From assembly GCA_963841735.1 (NCBI GenBank), contig CAWJDT010000001.1, positions 608,001 through 672,000 of the forward strand: a stretch of DNA of 64,000 nt, read 5' to 3'. The notes beneath the pieces are model-generated. The model made no database searches. It saw only the letters and a list, made by a program, of their open reading frames with translations, and was not told where the DNA came from. Positions 48,341-58,168 of this stretch are shown piece by piece (position 1 is the stretch's first letter; each line of letters starts with the position of its first letter). The position numbers and the translations under genes were made by a program. This stretch comes from an uncultured Actinomycetes bacterium. GTDB taxonomy: Bacteria; Actinomycetota; Thermoleophilia; RBG-16-64-13.

Positions 48341-49322
48341 ATGAAACGTATCCACTTGTTTACGGGAGGCCTGACCGCCCTGCTCACCGGTCTCTGCCTA
48401 CTGCTCAGCACCGCGGTTCCGGCCGCCCAAGCCGCCGTGCCCTACCTAACCCGCTCGGAGATCGTCGCTCGGGCGGAATCCGCAATCGGGCTCACCTACA
48501 CCTGGGGGAAGGAGAGCTGGGTCCCCAACACCGGGGTCGGAACGGGCACCGACTGCTCCGGTTTGGTCCTCAAATGCTGGGAGGTCCCCAGGACCATGCT
48601 CTACCAAGAGGAGGATGGGCTGAACGCGACCATCTCTCCCCGCTACACCACCTACCACTTCTACAACTGCCTCGGTCCTTGGTATGCGCTGAGCAGCCGC
48701 TCTTTGCTCAAGGAAGGTGACATCCTCGCATACAACGACGGCACCTCAGGACATGTGGTCATCTACGCCGGCGGCGACGTCTGGAACTATCCGATAGTAT
48801 ACGAGGCGCCAGGCACCGGGCTCACGATCCGTAGAGCGAGCCGCTATTTCAGCAGCGCCTATCTGCCTAGACGCCGCGATTCCTTGCTTGAGACCAGCTC
48901 GCTCATCCTCGACAACCCCACGGCCAAGAGCACTGCCGGTAGCGACCTTGGCGGCAACTGGACCCGCTCCACCAATGTCTCCGGATACTACGGCGACAAC
49001 TATCAGACCCACGCGGCCACCACGGAGACCGCTTGGGCGCGCTGGACGCCCCGGATCCCCGCAAGCGGCCGGTACGCCGTGTACCTCCGCTGGACATCGG
49101 CGAGCGACCGCGCCAGCAATGCCACAGTGCACGTCAACACTCCGGCCGGGCAGTACTCGCTCTACGTCAACCAGCGATACAACGGGGGTTATTGGTGCAG
49201 CGTGGGGACCTACTACTTCAACGCCGGCGTACTCCACCGGTACAGGAAGCGTCAGCATCTACGCCACCGGAGCCAACGGGTATGTCATCTGCGATGCTGT
49301 GAAGCTGGTCCCGCTGCTGTAG
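48341..49322 (+). CDS. Secreted NlpC/P60-like protein with a C-terminal carbohydrate-binding-like domain, frameshift near 49228
   Basis: Signal peptide AQA; YTWG..DCSG (Cys) and GHVVIY (His); C-terminal ARWTP..GRYAVY..W..VNQR..W..GTY.F, then DAVKL in a second frame. Confidence 0.75.
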
Positions 49323-49382
49323 CCCCAGCGTCACGACCCTGCGCGTTGTCGCCCAGAGCCGAAACCGAAACCGGGCACCCTC

Positions 49383-49502
49383 GCGACCGGGCTGGTCGCA
49401 ACGGAACCAGGTCCGCCTTGGCGGATCTGGTTCCCCGCGTCGCGGCCCCTAGGCTGTCCCGCCGGCCCCTAGGCTGTCCCGCCGGCGCATAGCCGGTCGC
49501 GG
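49383..49502. repeat. Two hairpins followed by a 20-bp tandem repeat between convergent genes
   Basis: GGAACCAGGTCCGCC-TT-GGCGGATCTGGTTCC (49403-49434); CGGCCCCTAGGCTGTCCCGC twice (49443-49482) plus a degenerate third copy. Confidence 0.7.
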
Positions 49503-49506
49503 CGAC

Positions 49507-50616
49507 TCAGTCCCGCCTCGCGAGTCTGGGAGCAATCGCAATCTTGTAGATCCTGCGCAGGCTGGCTTTTCGAGACGGGTGCAGCAGAGGTTCAACATCA
49601 GCCGGCAGGCAGCCAGACGGTCCGTCGGCATCGGTGTTCGATGCAGGCGCAGTGCCCCGCGAAGCGGCGGCGCTGCCCACCGGGGCGCTCGAGCGGCTAG
49701 CGAGGGCCCAGATGACCTCAGTCGGCATCCCGCCGTAGTCTGCTATCTCTTGCCGACTCTCCACTGGGTCGAATCCATTCAGCATAAGCAGGCTGCTTAA
49801 GGAGTTCTTCGTGAAGTAGTTGATATGGGTCACAGGATCGGCTTCCAGAGCGAAGCCGGCCCAGATTTCCTGGGGAACCTCAGCGTATAGGATCCCGTTA
49901 TCGACAAGGTGCCGTCGCAGGAATGAGACAAGGCGGCCAATGTCACTCACGTGCTCAAGGACGTGGCTGCATACGATGAGGTCGAAGACCTCATCGCCGG
50001 CGAAAGCATCCATGTCGTCACAGATCTTGGTCACGCCCGGTAGGGTGCGGTCGCTGTAGTCAACTATGTAGCATGAGTGGCCCGCATCAAGGAACGGCCT
50101 CATCAGCTTGCCGTTTCCCCCGCCGTAGTCCAGTACTCTGAGCCTTCCCGGCGCGAGATGTGGGAGGCAGCGCTCGTATACTCTCCCAGCCCGCGCGAGG
50201 TCCGATCTAAGCGCGTGAGAGTCATAGCCAGCCTGCCCACCAACGTCCGGCTCGTGCTCTTTCAGAAAAGCGTACTTGGCAGCTACCTCATCGTCCGTTG
50301 GCCGAGGCGAATAGGCCACGAACCCGCAGTCGACACAGCGGGCCGCTGTCAATGTGACGGTGTCCTGGGCGGGAAACCACACTTCGAAGAGCACTCTTCT
50401 TCGCAGGAGTTGATAGGGGGAGAGACGGCGACGCGTGACGAGTCGTCTTCTGGGTCTGGCGAGCAAGAGGATACGGCCGACCGTCCCTAGCCTGTGCCGA
50501 GCGGACGCCAGGGGCAGGCGTCCACGCCGCATACTGTCCGTCCGCGAGTAGAGGAAAGTCTCCTCCCGCACCCTTCTATCCCCGCCGCAAACGGGGCATG
50601 AGCAGTTAGTGATCAT
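49507..50616 (-). CDS. Class I SAM-dependent methyltransferase with an N-terminal Zn-binding motif
   Basis: CPVC...CVDC; VLDYGGGNG; FDLIVCSHVLEHV; ATG 50616 overlaps the murJ end. Confidence 0.85.
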   Translation of the reverse strand: MITNCSCPVCGGDRRVREETFLYSRTDSMRRGRLPLASARHRLGTVGRILLLARPRRRLVTRRRLSPYQLLRRRVLFEVWFPAQDTVTLTAARCVDCGFVAYSPRPTDDEVAAKYAFLKEHEPDVGGQAGYDSHALRSDLARAGRVYERCLPHLAPGRLRVLDYGGGNGKLMRPFLDAGHSCYIVDYSDRTLPGVTKICDDMDAFAGDEVFDLIVCSHVLEHVSDIGRLVSFLRRHLVDNGILYAEVPQEIWAGFALEADPVTHINYFTKNSLSSLLMLNGFDPVESRQEIADYGGMPTEVIWALASRSSAPVGSAAASRGTAPASNTDADGPSGCLPADVEPLLHPSRKASLRRIYKIAIAPRLARRD

Positions 50617-52270
50617 CAGCGTGATCCAATGGAGTGCCTTTCCGAGTCGAGTCGCCGCCTTTGGGCCGGGAGCGCTTGAAGACCGCACGGAGCATGTCTG
50701 CTGTTTCGGCAAGCTCCGGCATCCTGACAAGCTTCGATACGGCCAGGAAGACGGCAAGTCCCACCACGGTGCACGTCACTAGGCGGAGTGAGTAGCTACC
50801 GGAACTTACACTTGTCACCGAGGCGAGAGCGAAGTCAACGGCCCAGACCACGGCCCCCATCACCGCCGCGGCCCCGACGACCCGCATAAGAGAACGCGCG
50901 ATACTTCTGAGTCCGATCGCCCCGATCTTCCGCCGCAACAGCCAAGCAAGCACCACGAAGTTTACGGCTAGGGCCAATGTCGTTCCCAGCGCTAGACCAC
51001 CGACGCCGAGAGGCCGCATCAACAAGTATGACAGGCCTACGCTGACCACCACGGTGGCTATGCCGATCTTGATCGGGGTTCGTGTGTCATGGTGCGCGTA
51101 GAACACACGGGTCAGGGTATCCCGACCGGCATATGCATAGAGCCCAAGCACCAGGAATAGGAAGGCCCATGTGGTCCGCGCCGTGTCGTCGGCGGCGAAG
51201 TCGCCGTGCTGCAGGAGGAGCCCCACGATGGGATAGCGCATCAAGATCAGCCCCACTGTCACCGGTATCAGTATGAACCCCATCATTCGGAGAGCATAGT
51301 CGAGAGTAGCCCTGACGCGTTCGGGTGCCCGTGCGGCCACTTGCTCCGAGAGGAGCGGGAAGATGGGAATCGCTATGCCGGCGACAAAGAGCCCGAGCGG
51401 AAGCTGAAAGAGCTTCTCTGCATAGCTCAGACTGGTGACGGCCCCCCCCTCCAACGTTGTAGCCAACATCTGGCTTGCGAAGATACCAACCGCCCCCACC
51501 GCGGATCCAAGCAGGATGGGCCACACCATCCCCCCCACTTCTCGCACGGCTGAATCGCGCCAGTCGATGCGGAAACGGTAGCGGATCTCCTGATCGCGCA
51601 ACCCGGGAACAAGAGCCGCCAGCCCAATGACCCACCCAACAGCGGTAGCAATCGCCAAAGCCATAAGACCCATGCTCCGCGCCAGGACGATAGTGATCAC
51701 AAGAGTGGTCGCGGTGCCCGCCGCTGGCGCGAATGCGGCCAGCGCGAAACGGCGCAATGAGTTGAGCATGCCAATCAATAGCCCAGTTAGACCCTGAAAA
51801 GTGAACCCGAGCATCAAGACGCGGAAGAGAGGGACCGCCCTGGCGGCCGTGGCCGGGTCCTTGAAACCGAAACCCACCAGCGCCATGAGCCAGGGGGCGA
51901 CGATGATCAGCACCACCGTGATAGCAATCAAGACGAGGCAGATGATGTTGCCGATGTTGACCGAGAGCCTCCAGGCCTCTTCCTTCCGCCCAACGGCCAA
52001 TCGGTAGCTGAACAGGGGCACGAATGTTGCCGTAAGGGCAGCCGCGACGCTTACCACCAGCATGTTCGGAAGCCTGAGGGCTAAGTAGAAGGCATCCGTC
52101 GCATTGTCGGCTCCAAAGAAGTATGCAACGGCGATATCTCGCGCCAGACCGATGCCCCGCCCCACCAAAGTCGCGAGGGTGATAATGAGAGCAGCCCTCC
52201 CCACCACGGACCTGACCGACCGGCTCGGCTCTGCGCCGGGGGCCGGAGGTGGAACCACGGGAGTATTCAC
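50606..52270 (-). CDS. murJ: MurJ/MviN-family lipid II or polysaccharide flippase
   Basis: GRGIGLARD, TDAFYLALRLPN, QLPLG, RVFYA..DTRTP; multi-TM. Confidence 0.85.
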   Translation of the reverse strand: MNTPVVPPPAPGAEPSRSVRSVVGRAALIITLATLVGRGIGLARDIAVAYFFGADNATDAFYLALRLPNMLVVSVAAALTATFVPLFSYRLAVGRKEEAWRLSVNIGNIICLVLIAITVVLIIVAPWLMALVGFGFKDPATAARAVPLFRVLMLGFTFQGLTGLLIGMLNSLRRFALAAFAPAAGTATTLVITIVLARSMGLMALAIATAVGWVIGLAALVPGLRDQEIRYRFRIDWRDSAVREVGGMVWPILLGSAVGAVGIFASQMLATTLEGGAVTSLSYAEKLFQLPLGLFVAGIAIPIFPLLSEQVAARAPERVRATLDYALRMMGFILIPVTVGLILMRYPIVGLLLQHGDFAADDTARTTWAFLFLVLGLYAYAGRDTLTRVFYAHHDTRTPIKIGIATVVVSVGLSYLLMRPLGVGGLALGTTLALAVNFVVLAWLLRRKIGAIGLRSIARSLMRVVGAAAVMGAVVWAVDFALASVTSVSSGSYSLRLVTCTVVGLAVFLAVSKLVRMPELAETADMLRAVFKRSRPKGGDSTRKGTPLDHADDH

Positions 52271-53496
52271 CGTCTACCCCGAGACGCAAGCTCGAAGGCC
52301 AACTGAGCGGTATGCCCAGCTGTTGCCCGGAGAGGCGCGACCGCGCGTGCCAGCGCCGCGCGCCGCGCGGGCAGGTCCTCCGCGGTCTGCATGATGGCTT
52401 CGACAAGCCGGGCTGCTCCAACTGCCATGACTTGAGGCCTACCCCCGGGCGACTCGACCGGCTCTCCCACCGATCGTGGCTCCAGATCGTCGATGGTGAC
52501 CGTCCAATCTGTCTGCCTGGTCTGAGCGGCAAAGGCCCGGGTCTTTGGATCGTAGTCGATAACGACCGCCGGCGTACCCGCAACAGCGGCCAAGATGCCG
52601 CTGTGTAGGCGCATGCCGACCACCATATCGGCCGCTCCAAGGACCGCGGCCAACAGAGCGGGCGAAGCAGACGGAGTGAGCACGTGCGCATGACCAGCCA
52701 AGCCGGGCCGCTCCGCAAGGGTCTCGCACACGGGCAAGTCTTGCACTTCGTGAAAGCAGACGAATACCACCTTGAGATCCAACTCGGCCCTTGTCTTCTC
52801 CAAAGCCTCGCCGAGATTCTCGATATATCCCCTGCGACGCACCCAGTATCGAGGACAGACCGCCAGATAGCGGGTGCCGGGAGAGACTCCGGAGAATGCG
52901 GCCCACTCGGAGGCTTCCTCCGACGACGCAGGCTGGATCGCGTACGCTGGATCGGGCACTATCAACTGCACCGGTGCGCGCACGCCCACTTCGTATGCCA
53001 GACTGGCCGACTCCCGGTCGCGCCAGGTAACCACCTGCGACGCCGAACCGGCCACGGCGACCAGACGCCGCGCCCCTCTCGTGTGCAAAGGCCCCAGCCC
53101 CTGTCCGTACCACATGACGGGGACTCTCTCCATCCGGGCCATCATGACCACCGAGAGAAAGTACGGCACGGGGCGCAGTTTGCCCTCTCGGAGCAGGAAC
53201 GAACGGCGCTGGATCTCGAAATCGGCTTCGTGCAGGAAGCCGCCGCCCCCGCTGATGAGCAGGTCCGCGGCCCTGATTATCGCGCGCAGCTGCAGCGGCG
53301 ATCGTAGGCTGGCTCGAAGTGACTTCAGCCGGCGCCCCGGCATATGATGGCGCCACTCGGTGTCCTCTGGGTCTGATGAAAGTACGCAAAACCGAGCATC
53401 GAGATCTCGCTGTTCGAGTTCCTGGAGAATAGCGGCCAGGATGGCTTCGTCGCCGACGTTCTTCTCGCCGTAATAGCCGCTTATCAGATAGTTCAA
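52267..53496 (-). CDS. csaB: Polysaccharide pyruvyl transferase
   Basis: ISGYYG..NVGDEAIL, ISGGGG, GQGLGPL, WRD..S, GMRLH, YDPK. Confidence 0.88.
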   Translation of the reverse strand: MNYLISGYYGEKNVGDEAILAAILQELEQRDLDARFCVLSSDPEDTEWRHHMPGRRLKSLRASLRSPLQLRAIIRAADLLISGGGGFLHEADFEIQRRSFLLREGKLRPVPYFLSVVMMARMERVPVMWYGQGLGPLHTRGARRLVAVAGSASQVVTWRDRESASLAYEVGVRAPVQLIVPDPAYAIQPASSEEASEWAAFSGVSPGTRYLAVCPRYWVRRRGYIENLGEALEKTRAELDLKVVFVCFHEVQDLPVCETLAERPGLAGHAHVLTPSASPALLAAVLGAADMVVGMRLHSGILAAVAGTPAVVIDYDPKTRAFAAQTRQTDWTVTIDDLEPRSVGEPVESPGGRPQVMAVGAARLVEAIMQTAEDLPARRAALARAVAPLRATAGHTAQLAFELASRGRR

Positions 53497-55646
53497 GTCG
53501 CGCCACTCCGACTCCCCCGACGAGCGACGCGCCGAGGCTGTCCATAGTCATCGGCTGAGCCCAGGAACACCTGCGCCGCGAACCCTGGTAGCGCCCGCTG
53601 TCTACGGAGGCGCTTAGGGTCGGTGGCCAAGCGGTGCAACCACTCCATGCTCGCCCTCTGAGCCCATTGGGGAGCCCGCTTGACGACCCCAGCCCACACG
53701 TCCAAGGTGCCCCCCACACCTAGGGCCACTGAAGCTCCTAACACATGACGATGCCGATATAGAAAGATCTCCTGCCGGGGAGCTCCCATGCCGACGAGAA
53801 GAATGTCGGCCCCAGAGTCGCGCACTCTGTAAACGACTTCCTCCTCCTCAGCTGGGGAGAAGTATCCATGGTGAGTCCCGGCCACCTTCAGCCCAGACAG
53901 CTGTGCGACCTGCCGCAGGGCTGCCTGCTCGGCCACCCCTTCGGCCGCACCAAGGAAGTACACAGATAGTCCACGCTCCGCCGCCAGCTCGAGCACGCGT
54001 TGCGCCAGGTCGATCCCGGTGACGCGTTCAAGTGCGGCGCCGGTGGCCGTCTGTCGCGCTCCCAGCCGATGGGCCGCCCACACCGCACCCACTCCGTCTG
54101 GATAGCAGAGGTCGGCTTCCAGCAGCGCCTCGGCCGCGGCTGGGTCGCGCTGGGCGCGCATCACCAGTTCCGGGTTGAACGAGACTGCGAGGGCGGTGCG
54201 GCCGAGGGGCCTCGCAGCATTATCGGCCGCCGAGATCGTCCACTCAGCTGCCTGATCAAGCGTGACGACATCCAACGGAAAGCCCAACACCGTGAGCGAC
54301 GACCAGGGCGGCGGCGGCGCGCTTTCGGGCTGCGCATCCACGAGTGGCCCAGCTGCTTCGCCCGCCATGGTCGGCTTCTCGGTGGGCGCCAGGGGGGTAG
54401 AGCCCGCCAAGCTCAAGGCCGCACGACGATACACTTCCGCGTACGCGGCGGCGGCCTGTAGGTGAGAGTGATTGGCCACCACGTAACCACTCGCGGCCGC
54501 GGCCAACCGCTCACCCAGTTCCGGAGCGGAGGCCAACCTCAGAATTGCCGCCGCAAGCGCCTCCGCGCTCTCCGATACCAACAGGCCGGTCACGCCATCC
54601 TCCAACATCTGTGCCAAACCACCGACGTCGCCCGCAATCAACGGCCGGCCGGACGCCATGGCCTCAAGCGCCGAAAGCGAGGTCGCTTCTTCCACATTCG
54701 CAGAGTGTACCGAGGGGACAAGAACGACATCGGCTACGCGATAGAGATCCCGAATTGCCTCGCGGCTCTGCCCCCCTAGGAGACGAACGTCCCCTTCCAA
54801 GCGATTGTCCCGGATGATCCGCTCTATTTCGCCCCGCTCACCACCGTCTCCGGCGTGCAGCAGCAAGAAGCGCCCCCGATCGGTCTCATCCATTGTGGCC
54901 AGAGCGAGGGAGGGATAGATCACGCCGTTCTTCTTCACCAGCCGCCGAGGACAGAAGAGTACGATCTTGCCCTCGGGGATGTCCCAAGTCCGTCGCGATT
55001 CGCGGCGCAGGCGCTCCTCTTCAACCGCATCGTCGAGCGGCGCAAAAGCGGAGGTATCGATGAAATTGGCGAGCGTATAGATGCACTCGGCCTTTTCGGG
55101 CACCAGGCGCAGGGCGTATTGATACAGGCGCCTATCTACAGTGACGATCGCGTCAGCCAGACGTAGCCCCCTCATCTCCGCCCGCATCAGGTAGTTCCGG
55201 CCCATCCGCGAGGCGTCGGTGTAGCCTTCTGATACCGATTCATAGAGGGGATAGCCATGTAGCGTAAGCACCAGTGGCAGTCCATACTCGTCGGCCACCT
55301 CACGCAGGTAAGGCACCGAATACACCTCTTGCGCGTTGATGACCGTCCCGGAAACGTTCGCGCCACTCTTGGCCATGCGGGCTAGATCGCGCGAAGCCGC
55401 GGAAGCAAGCATGCGAGATCGGGCCTCCGCCGAGTACACCATGCCCCAGCCGCACCGCACGCGGTTAAGCGCACCCGCCGGCCACGTCAGCCGAGCTTTG
55501 CGCACAAACGTCGGCATGGTTCCCCCCGGACAGAATGTCCGTACTTCGTGACCAAGTTGCTCAAGCCCACGAGCCAACATGGCGACATGCGTTCTGATAC
55601 CACCGATTTGATCGGGGTCGCCCGTCGTAAGAAGCAACGCTCTCAT
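53493..55646 (-). CDS. Fusion of a GT4 glycosyltransferase and a WecG/TagA/CpsF (GT26) glycosyltransferase
   Basis: N-terminal part PRRLVKKNG, EEATSLSALEAMASG; C-terminal part NPE, PDGVG, ERVTGID, VGMGAPRQE, GVGG, KRAP, EWLHRL; single open frame. Confidence 0.88.
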   Translation of the reverse strand: MRALLLTTGDPDQIGGIRTHVAMLARGLEQLGHEVRTFCPGGTMPTFVRKARLTWPAGALNRVRCGWGMVYSAEARSRMLASAASRDLARMAKSGANVSGTVINAQEVYSVPYLREVADEYGLPLVLTLHGYPLYESVSEGYTDASRMGRNYLMRAEMRGLRLADAIVTVDRRLYQYALRLVPEKAECIYTLANFIDTSAFAPLDDAVEEERLRRESRRTWDIPEGKIVLFCPRRLVKKNGVIYPSLALATMDETDRGRFLLLHAGDGGERGEIERIIRDNRLEGDVRLLGGQSREAIRDLYRVADVVLVPSVHSANVEEATSLSALEAMASGRPLIAGDVGGLAQMLEDGVTGLLVSESAEALAAAILRLASAPELGERLAAAASGYVVANHSHLQAAAAYAEVYRRAALSLAGSTPLAPTEKPTMAGEAAGPLVDAQPESAPPPPWSSLTVLGFPLDVVTLDQAAEWTISAADNAARPLGRTALAVSFNPELVMRAQRDPAAAEALLEADLCYPDGVGAVWAAHRLGARQTATGAALERVTGIDLAQRVLELAAERGLSVYFLGAAEGVAEQAALRQVAQLSGLKVAGTHHGYFSPAEEEEVVYRVRDSGADILLVGMGAPRQEIFLYRHRHVLGASVALGVGGTLDVWAGVVKRAPQWAQRASMEWLHRLATDPKRLRRQRALPGFAAQVFLGSADDYGQPRRVARRGSRSGAT

Positions 55647-55668
55647 GGCCTAGCCCTTCTAATATCGC

Positions 55669-56934
55669 TCATATTGTGGTCGCCCTACCCAAACGAACCA
55701 AAGCTTCCTCGACCAGCGCCGATATCTGCTCCACCCGGACTTCCCACGTGTTCTCGCTGGCAAGCGCAACACGAGCCGCCCGTTTGTCAGGCCCATCTTC
55801 GACGATAGCTCTGCGCACCAATCCGGGGTAATCCTCAGGGCTGCTGGCGATTCCGACCATCCCTGCAAACCTCTCGAGTTCCGGGAGACCTCCTGTGACC
55901 ACAGGCACCCCGGCCGCTAGGTACTCGAAGAACTTCAACGGAAAGATGTTACGGGTGAGGTCGCTCGTGTTGTAGGGTATGAGAGCGACTGCTAAGCCTT
56001 TGAGGTAGCCCGGCAGCTCTGTCCGCGGCTTCTGGCCCAGCAAGTGGATGTTGGACTGCCGACGCAGGCGAGCCTCGTCCACCTGCCCAGTCTTGACCGG
56101 ACCGATCAACACGATCTGCCAACTGGGTTCAGCTCGTGCGATCACTTCCAGCGCTTCCACATCGAGGCGGGAGTCGTGCAGGCCCACGACCCCAAGGCGC
56201 GGAGCCGGAATATCCGCGAGATCGGCGGGGAGCGGGAGAGAGGGGTCGAGAGCTAGGTTGAAGATCTCCACGTCGGCGGCGTTGAACACGGTGTGGGTGT
56301 TGGGGTTCAACGCCTCGCGCGTCGTCCGAAGGCTATCCGCCGTTGTTATCACCAGATCTGCCCGGCGCGTCAGTTCGTCGTCGTAGCCTTTGACGACCCC
56401 GGGGGACACGAATCCGGGAAAAGCAGAGTGCTCGTCAACGCAATGGTAGACAACGAGCGAGGGCCGGCGACCAGCGGCCGGCCGCCGAGCCGCCTTGGTC
56501 TCGACCAGCGTCGCCTCAGACTCGGCTGAAGCCGCACGTACGCCCAGGGAATCAAGCAGTATCACCGAGGTCGGCAGGTACGTCCAGAATATGTAGTCGT
56601 CCTCGAAATGAAGACGGCCCATCGCCCAACGCACGTACCGAGCAAGAACTGCCTGGTTTGCGCGGTTTAACACCGGCTTCTTGTTCCCGAATGGAAGAAA
56701 GGGGGGAGGGGTCAAAGTCCACAAACCGGCCTCCCGCTGTCTGAGACGCGGCACAACCGCAGCCCAGCGCCGCCAGTACCCAGGCACCTTGAACGGTGCA
56801 AGCATGGTAACCGGTTCCTCAACATAGAGCACTCTGTTGCCCTGAGCAAGTCGGCGCATTATCTGCTGCTTGCTTGTCAACATGGCGCCCCAATCAAGTG
56901 AGGAAATGCAGACAATGTCTTTACCGCCGAACAT
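55669..56934 (-). CDS. GT-B fold glycosyltransferase (TuaH-like)
   Basis: KQQIM..LA..NRVLYVE, YHCVDEH, FPLKFFEYLAAGVPVV, NTWE.R. Confidence 0.85.
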   Translation of the reverse strand: MFGGKDIVCISSLDWGAMLTSKQQIMRRLAQGNRVLYVEEPVTMLAPFKVPGYWRRWAAVVPRLRQREAGLWTLTPPPFLPFGNKKPVLNRANQAVLARYVRWAMGRLHFEDDYIFWTYLPTSVILLDSLGVRAASAESEATLVETKAARRPAAGRRPSLVVYHCVDEHSAFPGFVSPGVVKGYDDELTRRADLVITTADSLRTTREALNPNTHTVFNAADVEIFNLALDPSLPLPADLADIPAPRLGVVGLHDSRLDVEALEVIARAEPSWQIVLIGPVKTGQVDEARLRRQSNIHLLGQKPRTELPGYLKGLAVALIPYNTSDLTRNIFPLKFFEYLAAGVPVVTGGLPELERFAGMVGIASSPEDYPGLVRRAIVEDGPDKRAARVALASENTWEVRVEQISALVEEALVRLGRATTI

Positions 56935-56953
56935 GCGACCTCACTTGCCGAGT

Positions 56954-58168
56954 CTAGAAATCATGGCTCCGCGGAACCAGGCAGCGCTCGTAAGCCCGGA
57001 GTGTTCGGGCAGCCGTCTCTTCTGCCGTAAACACGGAACGCACGCGCAAAGCCCCGGCCACGCCCATCCGCGCGCGCAAAGTGGAATCGCCCAGCAAGGT
57101 GGCGGCGCGCTCGGCCAGCGCGGATACGAGGGCGCGCCGCTCCTGATCGCGGGCCACTACGTAGCCGGTCTCTCCATCGACCACGGCCTCAGCCACTCCA
57201 CCTGCCGATGTGGTCACCACTGGAAGCCCGGCCGCCATAGCCTCCAGAACCGCCATAGAGACCCCACCTTCGAACTCTGAAGTTACGAGGTAGACATCAA
57301 GAGTATTAAGCACAGAGTCGACGTCATCCCTGCGGCCCATGAAACGAACAGCTCCGGCCAGCGCAGGCTCGGCCGCAAGTTCCTCAAGGCGCTCCCGCTC
57401 GGGTCCGTCACCCACAATCACAAGCTCGATGTCTGGATGAGTCAGCCGCAGCAGGGCCACCACCTCGAGCATGAGGCCTAGGTCCTTCACGGCCACCAAC
57501 CGGGCTACTGTCCCTATCCGAGGTCTTCCGGTCTTGAGTGCATCCAGACGACCCCTTGGCTCAGCCCCCTCATTGAGAACGGCCTCTCCACCGATCGCAC
57601 CGTCGATGCCGCTCGAACTTATCTCTAGGCCCGAGCGCACTACCAGAAGCCGGTCCGCGGGATAACCCCTCTCGACAAGAACAGCCCTGAGAGCGTCAGA
57701 GACACATATGATCCGGTCGACCCAGCCCAGCGTCGCTCGATCCAATGTCTCGTATAACCTGCCTACGTGAGGATCGCCATAGTCGAGCCGCAAATCAGAG
57801 TGAACGGTCGTGAAGAGACAGGGACGATTTCGCACTCCTCGGGTAGCGATGCGGGTTGCGAGATTCGCACGCATGCCGTGTGTGTGCACCACGCCCCACC
57901 GCGAAGCCAGCGAGCGACTCGGCGGTCCGGCGACAACAGTGCGTCGCAATGCTCCCATGACTCGAGGGTCCCACGCTCCGGCCATGGGGAGCACGGTGAC
58001 GGAGAGACCTCGTCGTCCGGCCTCCCGAGCGAGTCCTCCGTCGCCTAGGCAAAGAAGGTGCGGGTCACAGTCCATCCGCTGCAGCGCCGAGAGCAGTGGC
58101 AGAAGGTGGCTCATGGCCCCGCCCGTGTCACCACCCCCGATAACGTGCAGGACCTGCAAGTTGCTCAC
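56954..58168 (-). CDS. GT4 glycosyltransferase
   Basis: VLHVIGGGDTGGA, VHTHG.RAN, VARLVAVK, EGG...VLEAMAAGLPVV. Confidence 0.9.
   Translation of the reverse strand: MSNLQVLHVIGGGDTGGAMSHLLPLLSALQRMDCDPHLLCLGDGGLAREAGRRGLSVTVLPMAGAWDPRVMGALRRTVVAGPPSRSLASRWGVVHTHGMRANLATRIATRGVRNRPCLFTTVHSDLRLDYGDPHVGRLYETLDRATLGWVDRIICVSDALRAVLVERGYPADRLLVVRSGLEISSSGIDGAIGGEAVLNEGAEPRGRLDALKTGRPRIGTVARLVAVKDLGLMLEVVALLRLTHPDIELVIVGDGPERERLEELAAEPALAGAVRFMGRRDDVDSVLNTLDVYLVTSEFEGGVSMAVLEAMAAGLPVVTTSAGGVAEAVVDGETGYVVARDQERRALVSALAERAATLLGDSTLRARMGVAGALRVRSVFTAEETAARTLRAYERCLVPRSHDF

Noticed and set aside
49443-49502. CRISPR array
   Set aside because: The 20-bp units are directly adjacent with no spacers, and there are no cas genes
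51087-53719. Long alternative-frame ORFs (543 and 426 aa) and similar shadow ORFs across the window
   Set aside because: Arg/Gly/Pro-rich translations overlapping well-supported genes, as expected in high-GC DNA
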